Below, piece after piece: positions 44,398 through 58,900 of a stretch of DNA of 64,000 nt. The number at the start of each line of letters is the position of its first letter. The stretch's first letter is position 1. The position numbers were made by a program, and so were the translations under genes. Source of the DNA: the human T2T-CHM13v2.0 reference genome, Homo sapiens. Below the pieces are notes generated by a model, which worked only from the letters and a program-made list of their open reading frames with translations, was not told where the DNA came from and did no database searches. Location of the stretch: assembly GCF_009914755.1 (NCBI RefSeq), contig NC_060944.1, one strand, 5' to 3'.

Positions 44398-44890
44398 TTT
44401 GTTAGGGTCTGTTTGGCTCCAAAACCCCTGAGTAACAGCAGCTAAAAGGATAAGAATATCACTCCTGTCTTAACAAGGTGTCTGGGCAGAAGTACCAAGA
44501 TACCGCACGTCATAAAAATGTCATCAGGGAATTAGGCCCTTTCCCAGTCTCCTTTCTGGGTTGACCCTCTGTCCTTGAATTTGTTATCTCCAACCCTAAG
44601 ATGGTTGCCACAGCTCCAGGTGTTGTGTCTCTGATCCTCTTCTGCATCCTAGGGAGGAGGCAGGGCATAGGTGAGAGGCTCTCTTTGTAAGCCGAAGCCT
44701 TTTGATCTGAAACATTCACTTTCTAGTAGCCTTTGAAGAGACCTGCTTATACAACTCATCGGCCAGAATGGAGGGACACATCCCACTCCAGGCTGTAAAG
44801 AGCCTGGGATAAGTGTTAGTGCATAGAGGCAGAGGAGAAATGGGCTGATCAGGTGGTTGATGGTGGACCAAGGCAGAACAGGGATGAACA
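44398..44890 (-). mobile_element. MLT1-family LTR
   Basis: AATGTCATCAGGGA...AAGATGGTTGCCACAGCTCCAGG...CTCATCGGCCAGAAT. Confidence 0.6.
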
Positions 44891-45777
44891 TAAGCCCTAG
44901 GAGGGGCCTCCCATATGTTTCTCCACTGGGGGCTGAGTCTGAGGTTGGCTTACAGATTGTCTGGTCCCCGATTCTTCTCTTGGTTTGACCACTTGCTCAC
45001 CATGTACCCACAAAGTACAAGACAGAGGTTTCAGTTTGTGGAGCAGAGGCTAGAATTGAATCCCAGTGGGAATGAACTAATTTGCAGACGCTATCTCCAA
45101 ACTTAAATATTTGATACCCATTAAGCCTGTCTAACCAAAGCATCTCCCCAGGCATGAGTCACCAAACTTGACCTGCTCTCCACCCTCGGATCTAGTCAGG
45201 CTAGACAACACTGCTGTCAACAAATTTTAGGATCTCTGTGGCTGAACCTGGATGTTTACTTTTCATGCACACAGAGGCTACTGTGGATCTAGAGCCTCTC
45301 CATGGAAGCTCCCTGCAGATGGGTGGCTCCAGTCTCCAAGGGCTTCCATCTTATAGCTATACGTGGCTCCAGGGTCCCTGTGGCAGGGGAGGAGACCCAC
45401 AGGCTTATGTACTGGCTCTTAAATGCTTCAGCCGGGAAGGGACACAGCTCCCTTCTGCTCACAGCCCATTGGCCAGAAGTAGTTACATGGCCCCACCTAA
45501 CTCCAAGGGACCAGCCCACGAGGAGGAGTGCATGGATGGATGGGAGTGGGAACCGTGGCTCCACACCTGCCCTGTATGGCTCCCCGCCACCCTCAAGGTC
45601 AAGTCCTTACCCCAACCTCTCAGGCTTCCCCAATCCCCACTGCACAGCCCATGGTTCAGGGACACAGAGGCACTTCAGTACTCACAGCAGGCTTTCCGCA
45701 AGCTTCGCTCCTTGCCTTCACACATGCTGTCCCTCTGTCCCTTCCCCTTCTCCTGGGTGATTCCTGCTCATTCTTCA

Positions 45778-46275
45778 TGTCATGGTTATTTATGTGTCAA
45801 CTTGACTGGGCTAAGGGAAGCCCAGATTGCTGGTTAAACATGACTTCTAGGTGTATCTGTGAGGGAGTTTCTGGAAGAGCTGAGCATTGGAATCCATAGA
45901 CTGTGTAAAGAAGACCACCCTGCCCAATGTAGGCATGCATCATCCAGTCCTCTGACAGCCCCAGTAGAACAAAAAGGTGGAAGAAGCATGAATCTGTTTC
46001 CTCCATTGGAGGTGGGACCTCCATCTTCTCCCACTCTCAGACACTGGTGCTCCTGGTTCTCAGGCCTCCAGACTCAGACTGGGAATTGCACCCCAGGCTA
46101 TGAACTTGAACTGAATTACATCACTGGCTTTTCTGGATCTCCAGCTTGCAGAGGGCACATCACGGGACTTATTGGCCTTCAGAATCACGTGAGCAAATTC
46201 TCATAATGAATCTCCTCTTATAAATCTGTCTGCATCCTGTTGGCTCCATTTCTCTGGTGAACGCCAACTCCAACA
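45778..46275 (+). mobile_element. MLT2-family (ERVL) solo LTR
   Basis: TGTCATGGTTATTTATGTGTCAACTTGACTGGGCTAAGG...TCTCTGGTGAACGCCAACTCCAACA; TG...CA ends; perfect 5-bp TSD CTTCA (45773-45777, 46276-46280). Confidence 0.9.
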
Positions 46276-48034
46276 CTTCATGGCTCATCTTGGGTTCTGT
46301 GTTTTCCCTTCCGTTCAGGGGATCGGGTGTGTTCGGTGGGCTCCCCTCACCCCCTCCATGTACACCATTGACGCCTCATCACCCGGTATTTTATCTATCT
46401 GTTTCCTTGGCTCTCCCGCACTAGCCCACAAGGTATGCCTTGGTGCTGTTAACCGTGTATGCCCAGCATCCAGGGCAGTGTCTCACACAGAGTAGGAACC
46501 CAATGACCATCAGTTGATTAAAAAAAAAAAAAAAGCAGTGAATAAATGTTTATTTCAGTTGCTTTAAATCCGTATCTTGGAAAATATGGAATGAAGAGAG
46601 GTAAATAAGTTTCATTAGAGATCCGTCTGTAAAAAAAAAAACATAGCTTCCTGATGACACGTGGCTGTTTCCTGAGGACAGAGAAGGAAGCTGCATCCCT
46701 GCCTGTCCTTTAGAGTAACGCAGGCTGAGACTCCAAGTCCAGCCCTGTCACCAGGAAGCCACAGGACCCTGGGAGAGTCACTTCCCCATTTTGAACCTTG
46801 CTGATCAGATGGGGATGATAACAGTATCTGCTTCGAAGTCTCATCGAAGAGGGCATGTGAAGCCCTCAGCACCCGGCAGGTAGACTGCATGCTCTCAGTG
46901 AGCATCAGTTCTTGGTATGATGGTTTATTATTTCTAATGATCAAACCATATTAGTATTGGGGCTTAAAGAATCCTTTAAAGAATGCAGCTTGTGCTGGCA
47001 TTTAGAGATGGGAGTGCGTTCTGATTCCACAGCTAGCTGGTGGGGGGCCCTCAGTTCCTTCACCTCCACAATGACCCTCTCTTTATTTCACAAGTTTGTT
47101 CTCGAGGTCCTGTGAAGTAACTACAAAATCTCGTTTCTTTACTCAAGCACACCGCGAGCTTGGTGTGCTTGAATGCTTGGTGTGCAGGCTGTGAGGGTAG
47201 CTCTGGCGCTGGGTTGCTAGAGTTGGACTCCCAGCTGTGCCACTGGCTGTGTGGCTGGAGCTGCTAACCCAGCCTTTCTGTGCCTCAGTTTCTTCATCTG
47301 TAAAATGGGGATCCCAGCAGTACTTATGACTCGCGGGGTTGTTGTGGGAATTGTGTTAAACACATCAAACATTTAGAAAGTCCTTGGAATATAATAAGTG
47401 CTCAATAAATGTTGGTTGATATGATTCTTGTTATTGTCAGATGCTAACGACAGGTGTGGAGGATGGAGTGGTTCCTCCCCCCGTGGAGCACACGGGGAGC
47501 AGAGGAGCAGGAGAGGTAAATGAGCAATCAAAGCCCGGGTAGAAAGTTCTACACGCAGGAGATTAAGAGGGAGCCAGCACAAATGTGGGCCGAGGAGCCA
47601 GACTGGCTTGGCTCAGAATTCTCGCCTCACCCTTATTAGCTGTAAAAACGGGACTGGCACCAGGAATTACCCACCTCACCCAATGTCGGGAGGAGGAACT
47701 GAACACCAGCATGCTTAGAGCAATACCACTCCGCATTGCCAGAGGGGTTAGGCATTCTTTTCACTGCCAACCCCCCAGGTGGAAGACAAGGGAAGGCTGA
47801 GATAAGGATGAGTTGGGGGAAGGCACAGGGGTGGGGTGGGGTGGGCTGGAGCCAGGTGATGGTGGAGAAAGAAAGAAGCTCTGCATGGCCCCCGCGGGAT
47901 ACGTGAGGCAGCACAATAAGCACCAAGGCTGCAGATGGCTGGGACCATCTTCTTATGTGTTCTTTCAACAGAGGTTTACCAAGCACCTTCTACAACCAGG
48001 CCCTGGGGGGACACTAGTGCACAGGACTCAGCTA

Positions 48035-48466
<432 letters not shown>

Positions 48467-48628
48467 ATGTGAAGGCTGAATCAGAGAGGATCCCAGATCC
48501 CAGATCCCAGCACAGATGTGAAGGGTGTCATCCTGGCCTAGTCCTAATAGAGTTGTCCTGATAAAGGCCAAAACTGCAGCCCTCAGCCCTTTTCCTCCCT
48601 CACTCTCAGACCTCCAGGGCCCATCGGA

Positions 48629-48745
48629 AGGGTTGCCATATAAGATACAGGATACCCAGTTAGATTTGGACTTCAAATAAACAACAAATAATTTTTTAGT
48701 ATGAGGCTGTCCCAAATATTGCACAAGACATGCTTATATAAAACA
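48629..48745. mobile_element. MER53-like fragment
   Basis: AGGGTTGCCATATAAGATACAGGATACCCAGTTAGATTTG...TCCCAAATATTGCAC. Confidence 0.75.
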
Positions 48746-49840
48746 CCTGCTAACGCTGGTCAGCCTACCTCCATGGGGTCGCATCCGAGAGCTGACGGGC
48801 AGCATTTGGTGGAGTGCCAGTTACTTCAGAGTGTTCACCTGAGCTCAGCCTACAGCCGGATGAGGACAGGGCTAACACCAGGGACGTTTTCTTTGCAAGA
48901 TGAGTCAGAGAGAAGACAGAGGAGCTCTGCCGGCCTCCTCGGGCCCCCAGGTTTACTTCTTTCCTCTTTTCCAGCTGACCAGGGTCTTTCTCCCCTGCCT
49001 GGGAGGACTTAAGCCAGGCAGCTTCCTTGAGTCAGTTCAGATGCTGAACAGATAAGACACAGCTCTTTGTGCCCTGGGAGCTGAAGGATGCCAGCTGCAC
49101 GCGAGATTCTTCAACTGTCTTACGAGGGCAGTCTTTGCAAAGCGCCCCCTCCATGGGCAGGAATAGCAAACACTACCATCGTTTAGGTCTGTTTTTTATG
49201 GCAGGCTTTTGGGAGTCAAATGTCTTTTGGTTTGAGTCTCAGTTTTGCCACCTACCATGTGCATGACCTTGGGCAAGCTGCTTCTCCCTCTTGGGTTCAG
49301 TGGCCAATCTCATGGGCTTGTGGGGAGTTGAAATGAGCAGATGTGGATAAAATGCTTAGCTCCATAGTGCCTGACATCTGGTCAGGCACCCAGAAAAACT
49401 ACGGTGACACAACCCAAGAGATATCATCTCCATGTTACCAACAAGGAACCAGGCTCCCAGGGGCAAAGTCCAAGGGTGGGTATCCAGTAACCGGCTGAGC
49501 CAGACCTTGCCCCTGGCCCCTATGCTGAGGTTCACCTTCCTGAAACTTCACATCAGATCATGAAATGCCAACCCAGAAGGGTTCTCCAACTCCCAGAGCC
49601 CATGGACTTCTTGGAAAAGCTGAAACTTATTTGATTACGAGACTAATGCATATTCATTGAAGATAATTTAGAAAATGCAATTTTGCCAAAAGAAGAAAAT
49701 AAAACTCACCAGCACTCTCACCACCCAGAGATAGTCACGGCTGACGTGCTGTGATGTGTATTTTAAGGCCTTGAGGGAAATTTTAAAAACTTAAAACTGA
49801 GATTTCCTGCACTGCCTTTGATCACAGCCTGGGGCTTCGG

Positions 49841-50040
49841 CAGGGTGTCTCAGCCTCAGCACGGCTGACATTCTGAGCCGGATGGTTCTCTGTCGTGGCA
49901 ATGTCCTGTGCACTGTGGGATGTTTAGCGGCATCCGTGACCTCCACCCACCAGATGCCAGTGGCGCCCCTCATAGGACAACCAAAAATGTCTCTGGATAT
50001 TGCCAAGAGCTAAGTGCAAAATTGGCCCTGTGGGCCATCA
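49841..50040. mobile_element. MER20 hAT-Charlie MITE
   Basis: TCTCAGCCTCAGCACGGCTGACATT...TGTCCTGTGCACTGTGGGATGTTTAGCGGCATCC...ACAACCAAAAATGTCTCTGGATATTGCCAA. Confidence 0.85.
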
Positions 50041-50613
50041 TTGGGTTTAGGTGTAGAGGCTCTGAAATCAGCCAGACCTGGTTTTAATCCCAGATTAGGC
50101 ATAGACTCAGGCAAATTAGTTAATGACCATGAACCTCTCCGTCTCCATCTATGAAATAGGGCCAATACTTCCCATCTGGCACCATTGGTGTGAGGGTTAG
50201 AGGAGACGGTGTTTGGGACATGGAAAGCTTCAATACGAGAAAGCTGCTATTGATTTTGGCATCCTCATAGCCCGTGGCTTCTCTGATGAGGACTGACTTC
50301 AAAAAAACTCAAACAAATCAACAGCGGAAACTCACCTGCCTTTGGAAGACCCTTCACTCCTGAGTGAGATATGCAGCTTGTCTTAGAATGGTGGCAAGAG
50401 TTAAGATTGAGAGGGTGGCTATAGAGCCAGCCCCTCTGCTTTTGTGTCTCATCTCTGTCCCCCACTGCATGTGTAAGTGGCCTTGGGCAGATGACTGAAC
50501 ACTTCTGTGTCTCAGTTTCCTCATCTGTATCATGAAGGCAATGGCAGTACCCACCTCTTGGGGTTGCAAGGACTAAATGAGTTCACCCAATAAATGGCTT
50601 TATTAATAAATAT

Positions 50614-50661
50614 TATTTGGTCAGTGCAAAAGTAATTGCTGTTTCTGCCATTACTTTTAAT
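50614..50661. mobile_element. MADE1 (Hsmar1 MITE) half element
   Basis: TATTTGGTCAGTGCAAAAGTAATTGCTGTTTCTGCCATTACTTTTAAT. Confidence 0.85.
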
Positions 50662-50969
50662 ATTACACATGGCCAGTCTGGTGTAGGAGGGAAAGGGTAC
50701 CTTAGAAACTACCAAAATGAAATTGTGCCTTGGAGAAACATTGAGTGAGAGGGAGGCTCTGGATGGACGAATTGACCACATGTGCCTGGCTATGCCTCTC
50801 TTCTTTCTAGACCCCAGGCACAATTGCTGTCCCTACTGCTCCAAGGCTTGTGAGTGACATTGGACTGGCCTCCATACCTGGAACATTGGAGTCTACACCC
50901 CAGGGAAGTTTCAGTTTAAAAAATCCATTGTGTCCCAGGGGCTTCCAGGTGATTTTTTAAAAGTTAAAA

Positions 50970-51668
50970 AAATTATGGTGAAATATACACAAAATTGACC
51001 ACTTTAAGTGTGTAATTCATTAAGTACATTTACACCCTTGTGCACAACACAAAATTAACCATTTTAAGTGTACAATGCATTAAGTATAATTGTATTGTTG
51101 TGCAACCATTACCACTATCCGTCTCTAGAGCCTTTTCATTTTCCCAAACTGAAACTCTGTACCCATGAACTCCCTCCTCTCAGCCCCTGGAAACCACCAT
51201 TCAGCTTTCTGTCTATGAATTTGACTACTTTCAGTACTCCATATAAATGGAATTACGCAATATGTGTCCTTTTGTGACGGCCTTATTTTACTTAGCATAA
51301 TGTCCTTAAGGTTCATCCATGTTGTAGCATGTGTTACAATTTCCTTCCTTTTTAAGGCTGCATAATATTCCACTGTGTTGATGTAGCACATTTTGTTTAT
51401 ACATTCATCTCCTGATGGGCATTTGGGTTGCTTCTGCCTTTTGACTATTGTGAATAATGCTGCTATCAACACTAGTGTCTATGTATCTGTTTGAGACCCT
51501 GCTTTCAGTTCTGTTGGGTGGATACCTAGCATCAGAATTGCTGGGTCATATGGTAACTCTATGCTTAGTTTTTTTGCAAAACCACTGTACTGTTTTCCAC
51601 AGTGGGTGCACCATTCTACATTCCCATCAGCAGTGCATAAGGGTTGCAATTTCTTCACATCTTCACCA
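50970..51668 (-). mobile_element. L1MB-like 3' end with a small ~60-bp tandem duplication at its tip
   Basis: ATAAATGGAATTACGCAATATG...AGGTTCATCCATGTTGTAGCATG...CATTCCCATCAGCAGTGCATAAGGGTT. Confidence 0.88.
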
Positions 51669-51956
51669 GTCCGAAGTGTTTTTAACCCAGCTGTCCTTTG
51701 GATTTTTACACACTGAAAACAGTATAGCGTATGTATGGGAGGGGCCCTTCTTCATAAAAATTCTTTGTATTTCTAAAGATCTTCAAACATTTCCAGTGAG
51801 CTGATGCATGTTTGAACTTCACAACAGTACAGCAGGGTAGAAAAGGTTGAGACCACTGTTTTTTTCTCTCAATCAATCTCTCCTTTTTGAGAAAGAGAGG
51901 CTGAAGAACAGCTCAGTGAGTCTGGGAGATTCCAAACTAGAACTCAGGTCTCCTGA

Positions 51957-52353
<397 letters not shown>

Positions 52354-52365
52354 GAGACTATTTTT

Positions 52366-52683
52366 ACTTTTTTCTTTTTTTTTTTTTTTAAAGACAGGGT
52401 CTTGCTCTGTTGCCCAGGCTGGAGTGCAGTAGTATAATCTTGGTTCACTGTAGCCGCAATCTCTTGGACTCCAGTGATCCTCTCACCTCAGCCTCCCAAA
52501 GTGCTGGGATTACAGGCATGAGCCACCACTGCACCACCATGCCTGGCTACTTTTTGTATTTTTTGTAGAGATGGGGTTTCACCATGTTGCCCAGGCTGAT
52601 CTTGAACTCCTAGGCTCAAGTGATCCACCTGCCTCAGCCTCCCAAAGTGCTGGGATTACAGATGTGAGCTACTGCGCCCAGCC
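52366..52683 (-). mobile_element. AluJ-like with a left-arm segment in the right arm
   Basis: CCTCCCAAAGTGCTGGGATTACAG occurs twice (52492 and 52638). Confidence 0.85.
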
Positions 52684-53039
52684 GAGACTTTCGACCTGCT
52701 TGTAAGCACAGAGGCAGCAGGATCTGTGAAACTTCCCAAGCCAGCCTCACCCCCAGTGCTCAGGGGCTATGGACATGCCAGGTGAGTCTTCAGCATGGCC
52801 TAGATTACAAAACCTCAGGGTTTGCCCCTCAAAACTTTTCTGCAGGGACCAAAAAGTGAAGGGAGAGGAAAAGACCCTCATAGGATTCTCTCCCCTGTCC
52901 TGGAGCACGCCACTGCCTTCACACCTGGGAGGCAGACATCAGAGATGTTTAAAGCTCTACTGTTTGAGGGACAAGATTTCACATGCGTGCCTCTTTTATC
53001 TGGTTTCTCTTTCACATATTTCATGAGATGATGGAGCAA

Positions 53040-53301
53040 TTGAAACATATGCTGTTTTTGGTGATTGTCATTTCTTCCTGTAGGTTAATTACCATTTGAT
53101 ACCATTTCTCTTCAGAATGAAAAGCTTTCTATAGCTGTTCTTATAGTAGAAGATTATGGTGATGAATTTGCTCCATCTTTTTTTATTTGAAATATCTTTA
53201 TTTTGCTTTCTCTTTTCTTTTCCTTTCTCTTTTCTTTTCCCTCCCTCCCTCCCTTCCTTCCCTCCTTCCTTCCTTTCTCTCTCTCTTTCTTTCTTTCATT
53301 T

Positions 53302-53373
<72 letters not shown>

Positions 53374-54830
53374 TGTTTCCTTCTTTCTTTCTTTCCTTTC
53401 TTTTTTTTTTGAGACAGGGTCTTGCCCTGTCACCTAGGCTGGAGTGCAGTGGCTCAATCGTAGCTTGCTATAACCTCTAACTTCTGGGCTCAAGCGATAC
53501 TCCTGCTTCAGCTTCCCAAGAAGCCAGGACTGCAGGCATGTACCACCATGCCCAGCTAGTTTTTATTTATTTATTTATTTTTATAGAGACAGGGTCTCCC
53601 TACATTGCCAAGGCTGGTCTCAAACTCCGGGGCTCAAGTGATTCTCCTGCCTTGGCCTCCCAGAGTGTTGGGATTACAGGCATGAACCACTGTGCCCAGC
53701 CTTGTTTTCATTTCTGAAGGATAGTTTCATTTGATAAAGAATTATGGATTCTTCTTTTTTTTCTTTGAACATCATGAAGATGTTACTCCCTCCTCTTCTG
53801 GCCTTCATTGGTTCTAATGAGAAGTCAGCCATAATTCTTATCATTATCTTCCAGTATATAATATGCTGCTTTTCTTTGACTACTTTCAAGGTTTTTTTCT
53901 TTATATTTGGATTTCAGGAATTTGACTGTAATGTGCCTCTGTAGAGCTTTAATCATATTTAAGGTTTGCTGAACTTCTTGGACTTGTAAGTTGATGTCTC
54001 TTACCAAATTTGGGAAGCATTTGGCCATTAATTCTTCAAATTTTTTCCTGCCCATGCAATCTCTCCTCTTCTTCTGAGACTCCAGTTACATTTATATTAG
54101 GTGACATTAAGTCTCTGAACTTGTTTATAATAGCTGCCTTAAATTTCTTGCCTGAAATTATTGCAGCATCTGGGATCATTTTCCATTAAATGCTTTTTTT
54201 TTCTTGATGATGACCCACCTTTTCCTGCTTCTTTGTATGTTTAGTGACTTACGATTCGCTACTAGACTTCATGAATGATATGTTGTAGAGATTCTGGGTT
54301 CTGTTGTGCTCCTTTGAAGAGTTATCATTTTTTTCTAGCAGGCAGTTAATTTGGATAGGCTCATCCTCCAAACTCTGCCTCCCTCAATGTCAGCAGGAAC
54401 TCTGACTCAGTTCTTTAGTTTCTCGCTGCTGCTGCTTTTTCACTGCAGTTCCTAGGTTTTCCCTGACCAGTGTAGTTTTGTAGTCAGCTAAGAATTTGGG
54501 TGCATTTTATATAGAGATGTCACAGCTAATTCCAGTGGCAGTTCCTCCTCTCCCAGGATTGACCACCCAACATTCCAGCTGCTTTCCAGTGCTCTACCTT
54601 TGACACCTCCAGCCAGTAAACTGCAGCTTTTTGTCACTCTTATCTGCTTGTGGATTGGCGAGTACCCTCAGGCAAAAAGTCACTAATATGCAAATCCCAC
54701 ACTTAGCTTCCTGTCTTTAAGGGTAGAGTCTCCTCTCTACCCTTAAACAGTTTCTCTGTTTCTGGTTGTTCTCCAGAGCCTTCAAGTAGTTGTTTTTAAA
54801 AATATGTGGCGCAGATTTTATAATTATGTG
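53040..54830 (-). mobile_element. Ancient L1M 5'UTR/ORF1 fragment interrupted by an AluJ
   Basis: Antisense ORF1 remnants (ORF 54055->53825 FEELMAKCFPNLVRDINLQVQEVQQT). Confidence 0.7.
53205..53700 (-). mobile_element. AluJ with ~200-bp polypyrimidine (CT/TTTC/CCTT) tail
   Basis: (TTTC)n run 53290-53375, Alu body 53411-53700. Confidence 0.93.
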
Positions 54831-55366
54831 TAGGTTGGTTAGGCCAACCCCTCGACTCCCATCTCATTCCTATAGCATTTTACAATAACTTGGAATTTGA
54901 GGCCAACATAAAAAGTTGAAATATTTCACAAAAATATGATTTGGAGGCTGCAAAAAATCAAATTTTTCCAATGTGACAAATTGATTGGAATCAAACACAG
55001 CCCCCTGGCCTCCCCCAGCATCACCCCACCAGAAAAAGCATGGCTTTTCCAGTTTGATGCCCTGTTGTCTACCCTAGCTAAGGCCAACTGTCAATTTCTT
55101 TGTATCATTTTCAATGTGGTTTTATGGGCCACTGTTTCCAATCAAAGCCTATTTCAGAGTTTTTTCTTGTACCCCCACTCAAGTGTGGGCCCAGTGGCTT
55201 ATTCTGTGACCTACTTGCCTATCCCCTTTCCCCATAATGCTGTCTGTCCTCAGAGCTTCTTTTTCTTCATGCTCTTAAACATTCTTTGACATTTTCTCCC
55301 CTTCCTCCAACCCTCTTTCTTTCTCCTTCCTCCAACATTAACTGGGCATCTCAATGTGCTCAGTTA

Positions 55367-55740
<374 letters not shown>

Positions 55741-56261
55741 AGGCAAAAAAATATTGCCTTCATGGAGTTGATATGTGAAGGTAGGATCATGACCATGAAC
55801 AATTCATATTATAGTGGTAAGTTCTGAGAAAGATAAGGCTGGGTAAGAGGATGTAGTCATGGGTGTGCAAATGTTTCTATGTCTTACTCGCTCAGCCCCA
55901 AGCTAATTTTTCACTGAATGAACAGTTCTGTACTTGTTCATGTTTTACGCCCCTCAGGTGGCAGGAAGTGCTTTGTATGGGTCAGTCTTGACTTTATCCA
56001 CCTCCTAGCTTTGTGATTGAGAAATTCCCCCACTGCTATGCCCCAGTTTCCTCATCAGTAACATAGGGATAAGAATAGTACCTACCTTTTAGGGCTATTG
56101 AGAGGATTAAATGAGTTAATACATGCAAAATGTGTGTTTAACAAGGGTCTGGCATATAGTAAATACTTCATAAACATTAGCCAATAAAGATATCAATTAC
56201 CCAACACAATGACTGACACATTGTGAGCAATAAATAAATAGTAATGTAATGGTTACCATTA

Positions 56262-56610
56262 CAGATGGCCCCTGATTTATGACCACTTGACTTATGACTT
56301 TATGATGTTTCAAAAGCAATTTACATTCAGAAGAAACCATACCCATACAACGATTCCGTTTTTCACTTTCAGTACAGTATTTGATAAATTGCATGAGATA
56401 TTCAAGATGTTGTTATAAAATAGGCTTTGTGTTAGATGACTTTGCCCAACTGTAGGTTAATGTAAGTGTTCTGAGCACATTTAAGATAGGCTAGGCTAAG
56501 CTATGATGTTCAGTTGCTTAGGTGTGTTAAATGCATTTTAGACTTACAGTATTTTCAACTTACAGTGGGTTTATCACGATGTAACCCCATCCTAAGTCAA
56601 ACAGCATAGG
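56262..56610 (-). mobile_element. MER47A (Tigger-derived MITE)
   Basis: TA-CAGATGGCCCCTGATTTATG ... GGGTTTATCACGATGTAACCCCATCCTAAGTCAAACAGCATAGG-TA; GGCTAGGCTAAGCTATGATG. Confidence 0.8.
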
Positions 56611-57539
56611 TATTTCCCCAGTTCTGAATACTGATATCCAATAGATTGCTTTTCTTTCTACCAGGTCACCAGTCTCATCTCCCTTGTTGGAGCTAATGGA
56701 AAATGGCAGTGAGAATCAATAATATAGAAATCACATATTGGCAGCATCATGGAAAGCTGCCTGGGAGGAATTCAGTGGGGATCTGGGACTAGAGGTGGCT
56801 GCTATTGGGAAGGATTCCACATCCAGTTGTTGTTGATGTGCGAAATAACAACTTGAGAAGTGAGAAAATGCCACAGTAGAACTCCAGGGGCTGGACCAGC
56901 TCTACAGACCCAATAAAGTTGAGTCAACGTTGAAGGTCCTTCAAGAAACGTCCATTCTTTCCTTCCTCTATCCAACATCAACTTCCATGCCTGTCCAACA
57001 TGTTCCTGCCAAAAATGACTCCCTGTCTCCCTGCCATCTCTGGGGGGCATTATTTGGCTTGGGCTCATTTTCCCTCCATCCCCTAATGAAGTTTCAATTG
57101 CTCTTTATTATTGTCATGTACTATTTCCCAAATTCTCAGGCAAGCTCAGGGAAGGAGGTATCAGAATTCTGCCAGCCTCACTGGCTTTGATAGATATTTG
57201 CCAGTGCCTGGTTGGGCTGCTTTGATTTTGTGTTTCTGAGTTCCTGGTGAGGAGCTGGCTTGCAGGAAACACATCATTAAGAGGAGCTGTCAGAACAAAC
57301 TGCTTTGTGGCCCCAGATTGCTTGTAGGTGGCAGGTGCTGAAGCCTTGGGTCCAGGCTCTACCTGAGTGGGTAAATGTTTACCGAGTGCCATCGGGGGGT
57401 CCTGACTCAAGTCACCTCTCTTCTCCCACAGTCCCACTGTGGGGCAGGTGTTCTGTTTCAAAGAAAAAAGGGACTTGTTCCGTAAAATGGGGACATTGAA
57501 ACTTTGGCATTTTCCTTCCTCATTACGACTTTATATTTG

Positions 57540-57990
57540 TTATGAAAAGGTCTGGCTGTGAATAACAGAGACCCAGATAACAGTAGCTGAAATAAGGTAG
57601 AAGTTTATCTCACTCTCTTGTAACAGTCCAGAGGGAGGCAGTGTAGGGCTGGCAGGGCAGTTCTGCTCCACAAAGTCTCCAGGTGGCCTGTTGCTTCCCT
57701 GTGCATATCTTCCATTTCCCAAGGTCACCTCATTGTCCAAGAGGGCTGTTACAGCTCCTGCCATCATGGCTGCATTCCAGCCATCAGGAAGGAGAAAGGA
57801 CAAAGACAGATCACTCACTTGAAGGACTCTTCCCAGAAGTTGCAGGCATCTCTTCCACTCACATCCCTATTGGCCAGCATTGAGTCACATGACCACTCCT
57901 AGCTACAAAGAAAGCTGAGAAATGCAGTCTTTATTCCTAGTGGCCATGTGCTCAGCCACAACGCATAGCTGCTAGGAATGTGAGCTCTGT
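57540..57990 (-). mobile_element. MLT1 (I/J-like) LTR
   Basis: AATAACAGTAGCTGAAATAAGGTAGAAGTTTATCTCACTCTC...CCCTATTGGCCAG...AGCTACAAAGAAAGCTGAGAAATGCAGTCTTT. Confidence 0.75.
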
Positions 57991-58721
57991 CACTAAGAAA
58001 GAAAGAAAAATGGTCGCTGGTGGAGAACTAGCAGGTTGTTTGGAAAGAGTGATGATGCTGTGGAAAACATTGCCGAATGGAATCAGAGGACCTATAAGTT
58101 TGCACTTCAGTCTGTCCTATAACTTTCTCAAGTTTCAATTTCCTTACCTATGAGGTGGGGATGATGGTGACTACCTCACAATTTGTGAAGATTAAATGAC
58201 ATGGCATATTGGAAGATACCTTCTAAGTTTCTCAAAACGTCTGCATACACTTGAGGACACGTTGCGAAAATTAATTTCCGATGCTGATAATGTGTGTATC
58301 AAATGTATGGAGGTCTCTTTATGAAAAAGCATGCACCTGTCTGCAGGCTCCCCACTTACCTGGGTCCTGGACCTTATAGATTCTCTGTAGCTGCTTGGCA
58401 ACAGAAATCATTTGTAAGGTACCTGAGGCTGTTAGTGTAGGATGTAGGGTCATGAAGTCCAGGTGTGGTATGGGAAATAATTGTAAAGTGTGGTGTGGGT
58501 ACAATCAGTGCACACAATTTTAGAGACAACACTTAAAACTTTTTAAATAGTGATATGTTTATTTGAGCATATTAAAAAAAGGAAAATTTGACGATCAAAC
58601 TTGGCAATTTAATGGATATTATTGCTTAGGGCAAGACTGAGTTTTATAAAAAGTGAGTTTATTAATGAAAAATTTAAGTAAATAATAATCTAAGTGGTAC
58701 TTGGCTTTAGCAGAAACTCAG

Positions 58722-58900
58722 ATGGGAATTGCAACTTCAGCTAACACCTTGATTTCAGCCTGGGAAGCCCCAGAGCAGAGGATCCAATTAACCCTTTTTT
58801 CCTGGACCCAAGACCTGTGGAAACTATAAGATATTAAATATGTGTTGTTCTAAGTTGTTGAGTTTGTGGTAATTTGTTATGTAGAAATAGAAAACTGATA
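58722..58900 (+). mobile_element. MLT1 (D/E-like) LTR 3' part
   Basis: ACACCTTGATTTCAGCCTGG...AACTATAAGATATTAAATATGTGTTGTTCTAAG...GTAATTTGTTATGTAGAAATAGAAAACTGATA. Confidence 0.75.

Noticed and set aside
45238-45837. 199-aa ORF
   Set aside because: Non-ATG start, spans MaLR/L2 remnants into the MLT2 LTR, no recognisable domain.
49138-49158. CTCF site
   Set aside because: Only the GC-rich half matches; three mismatches in the 5' half, so not called as a feature.
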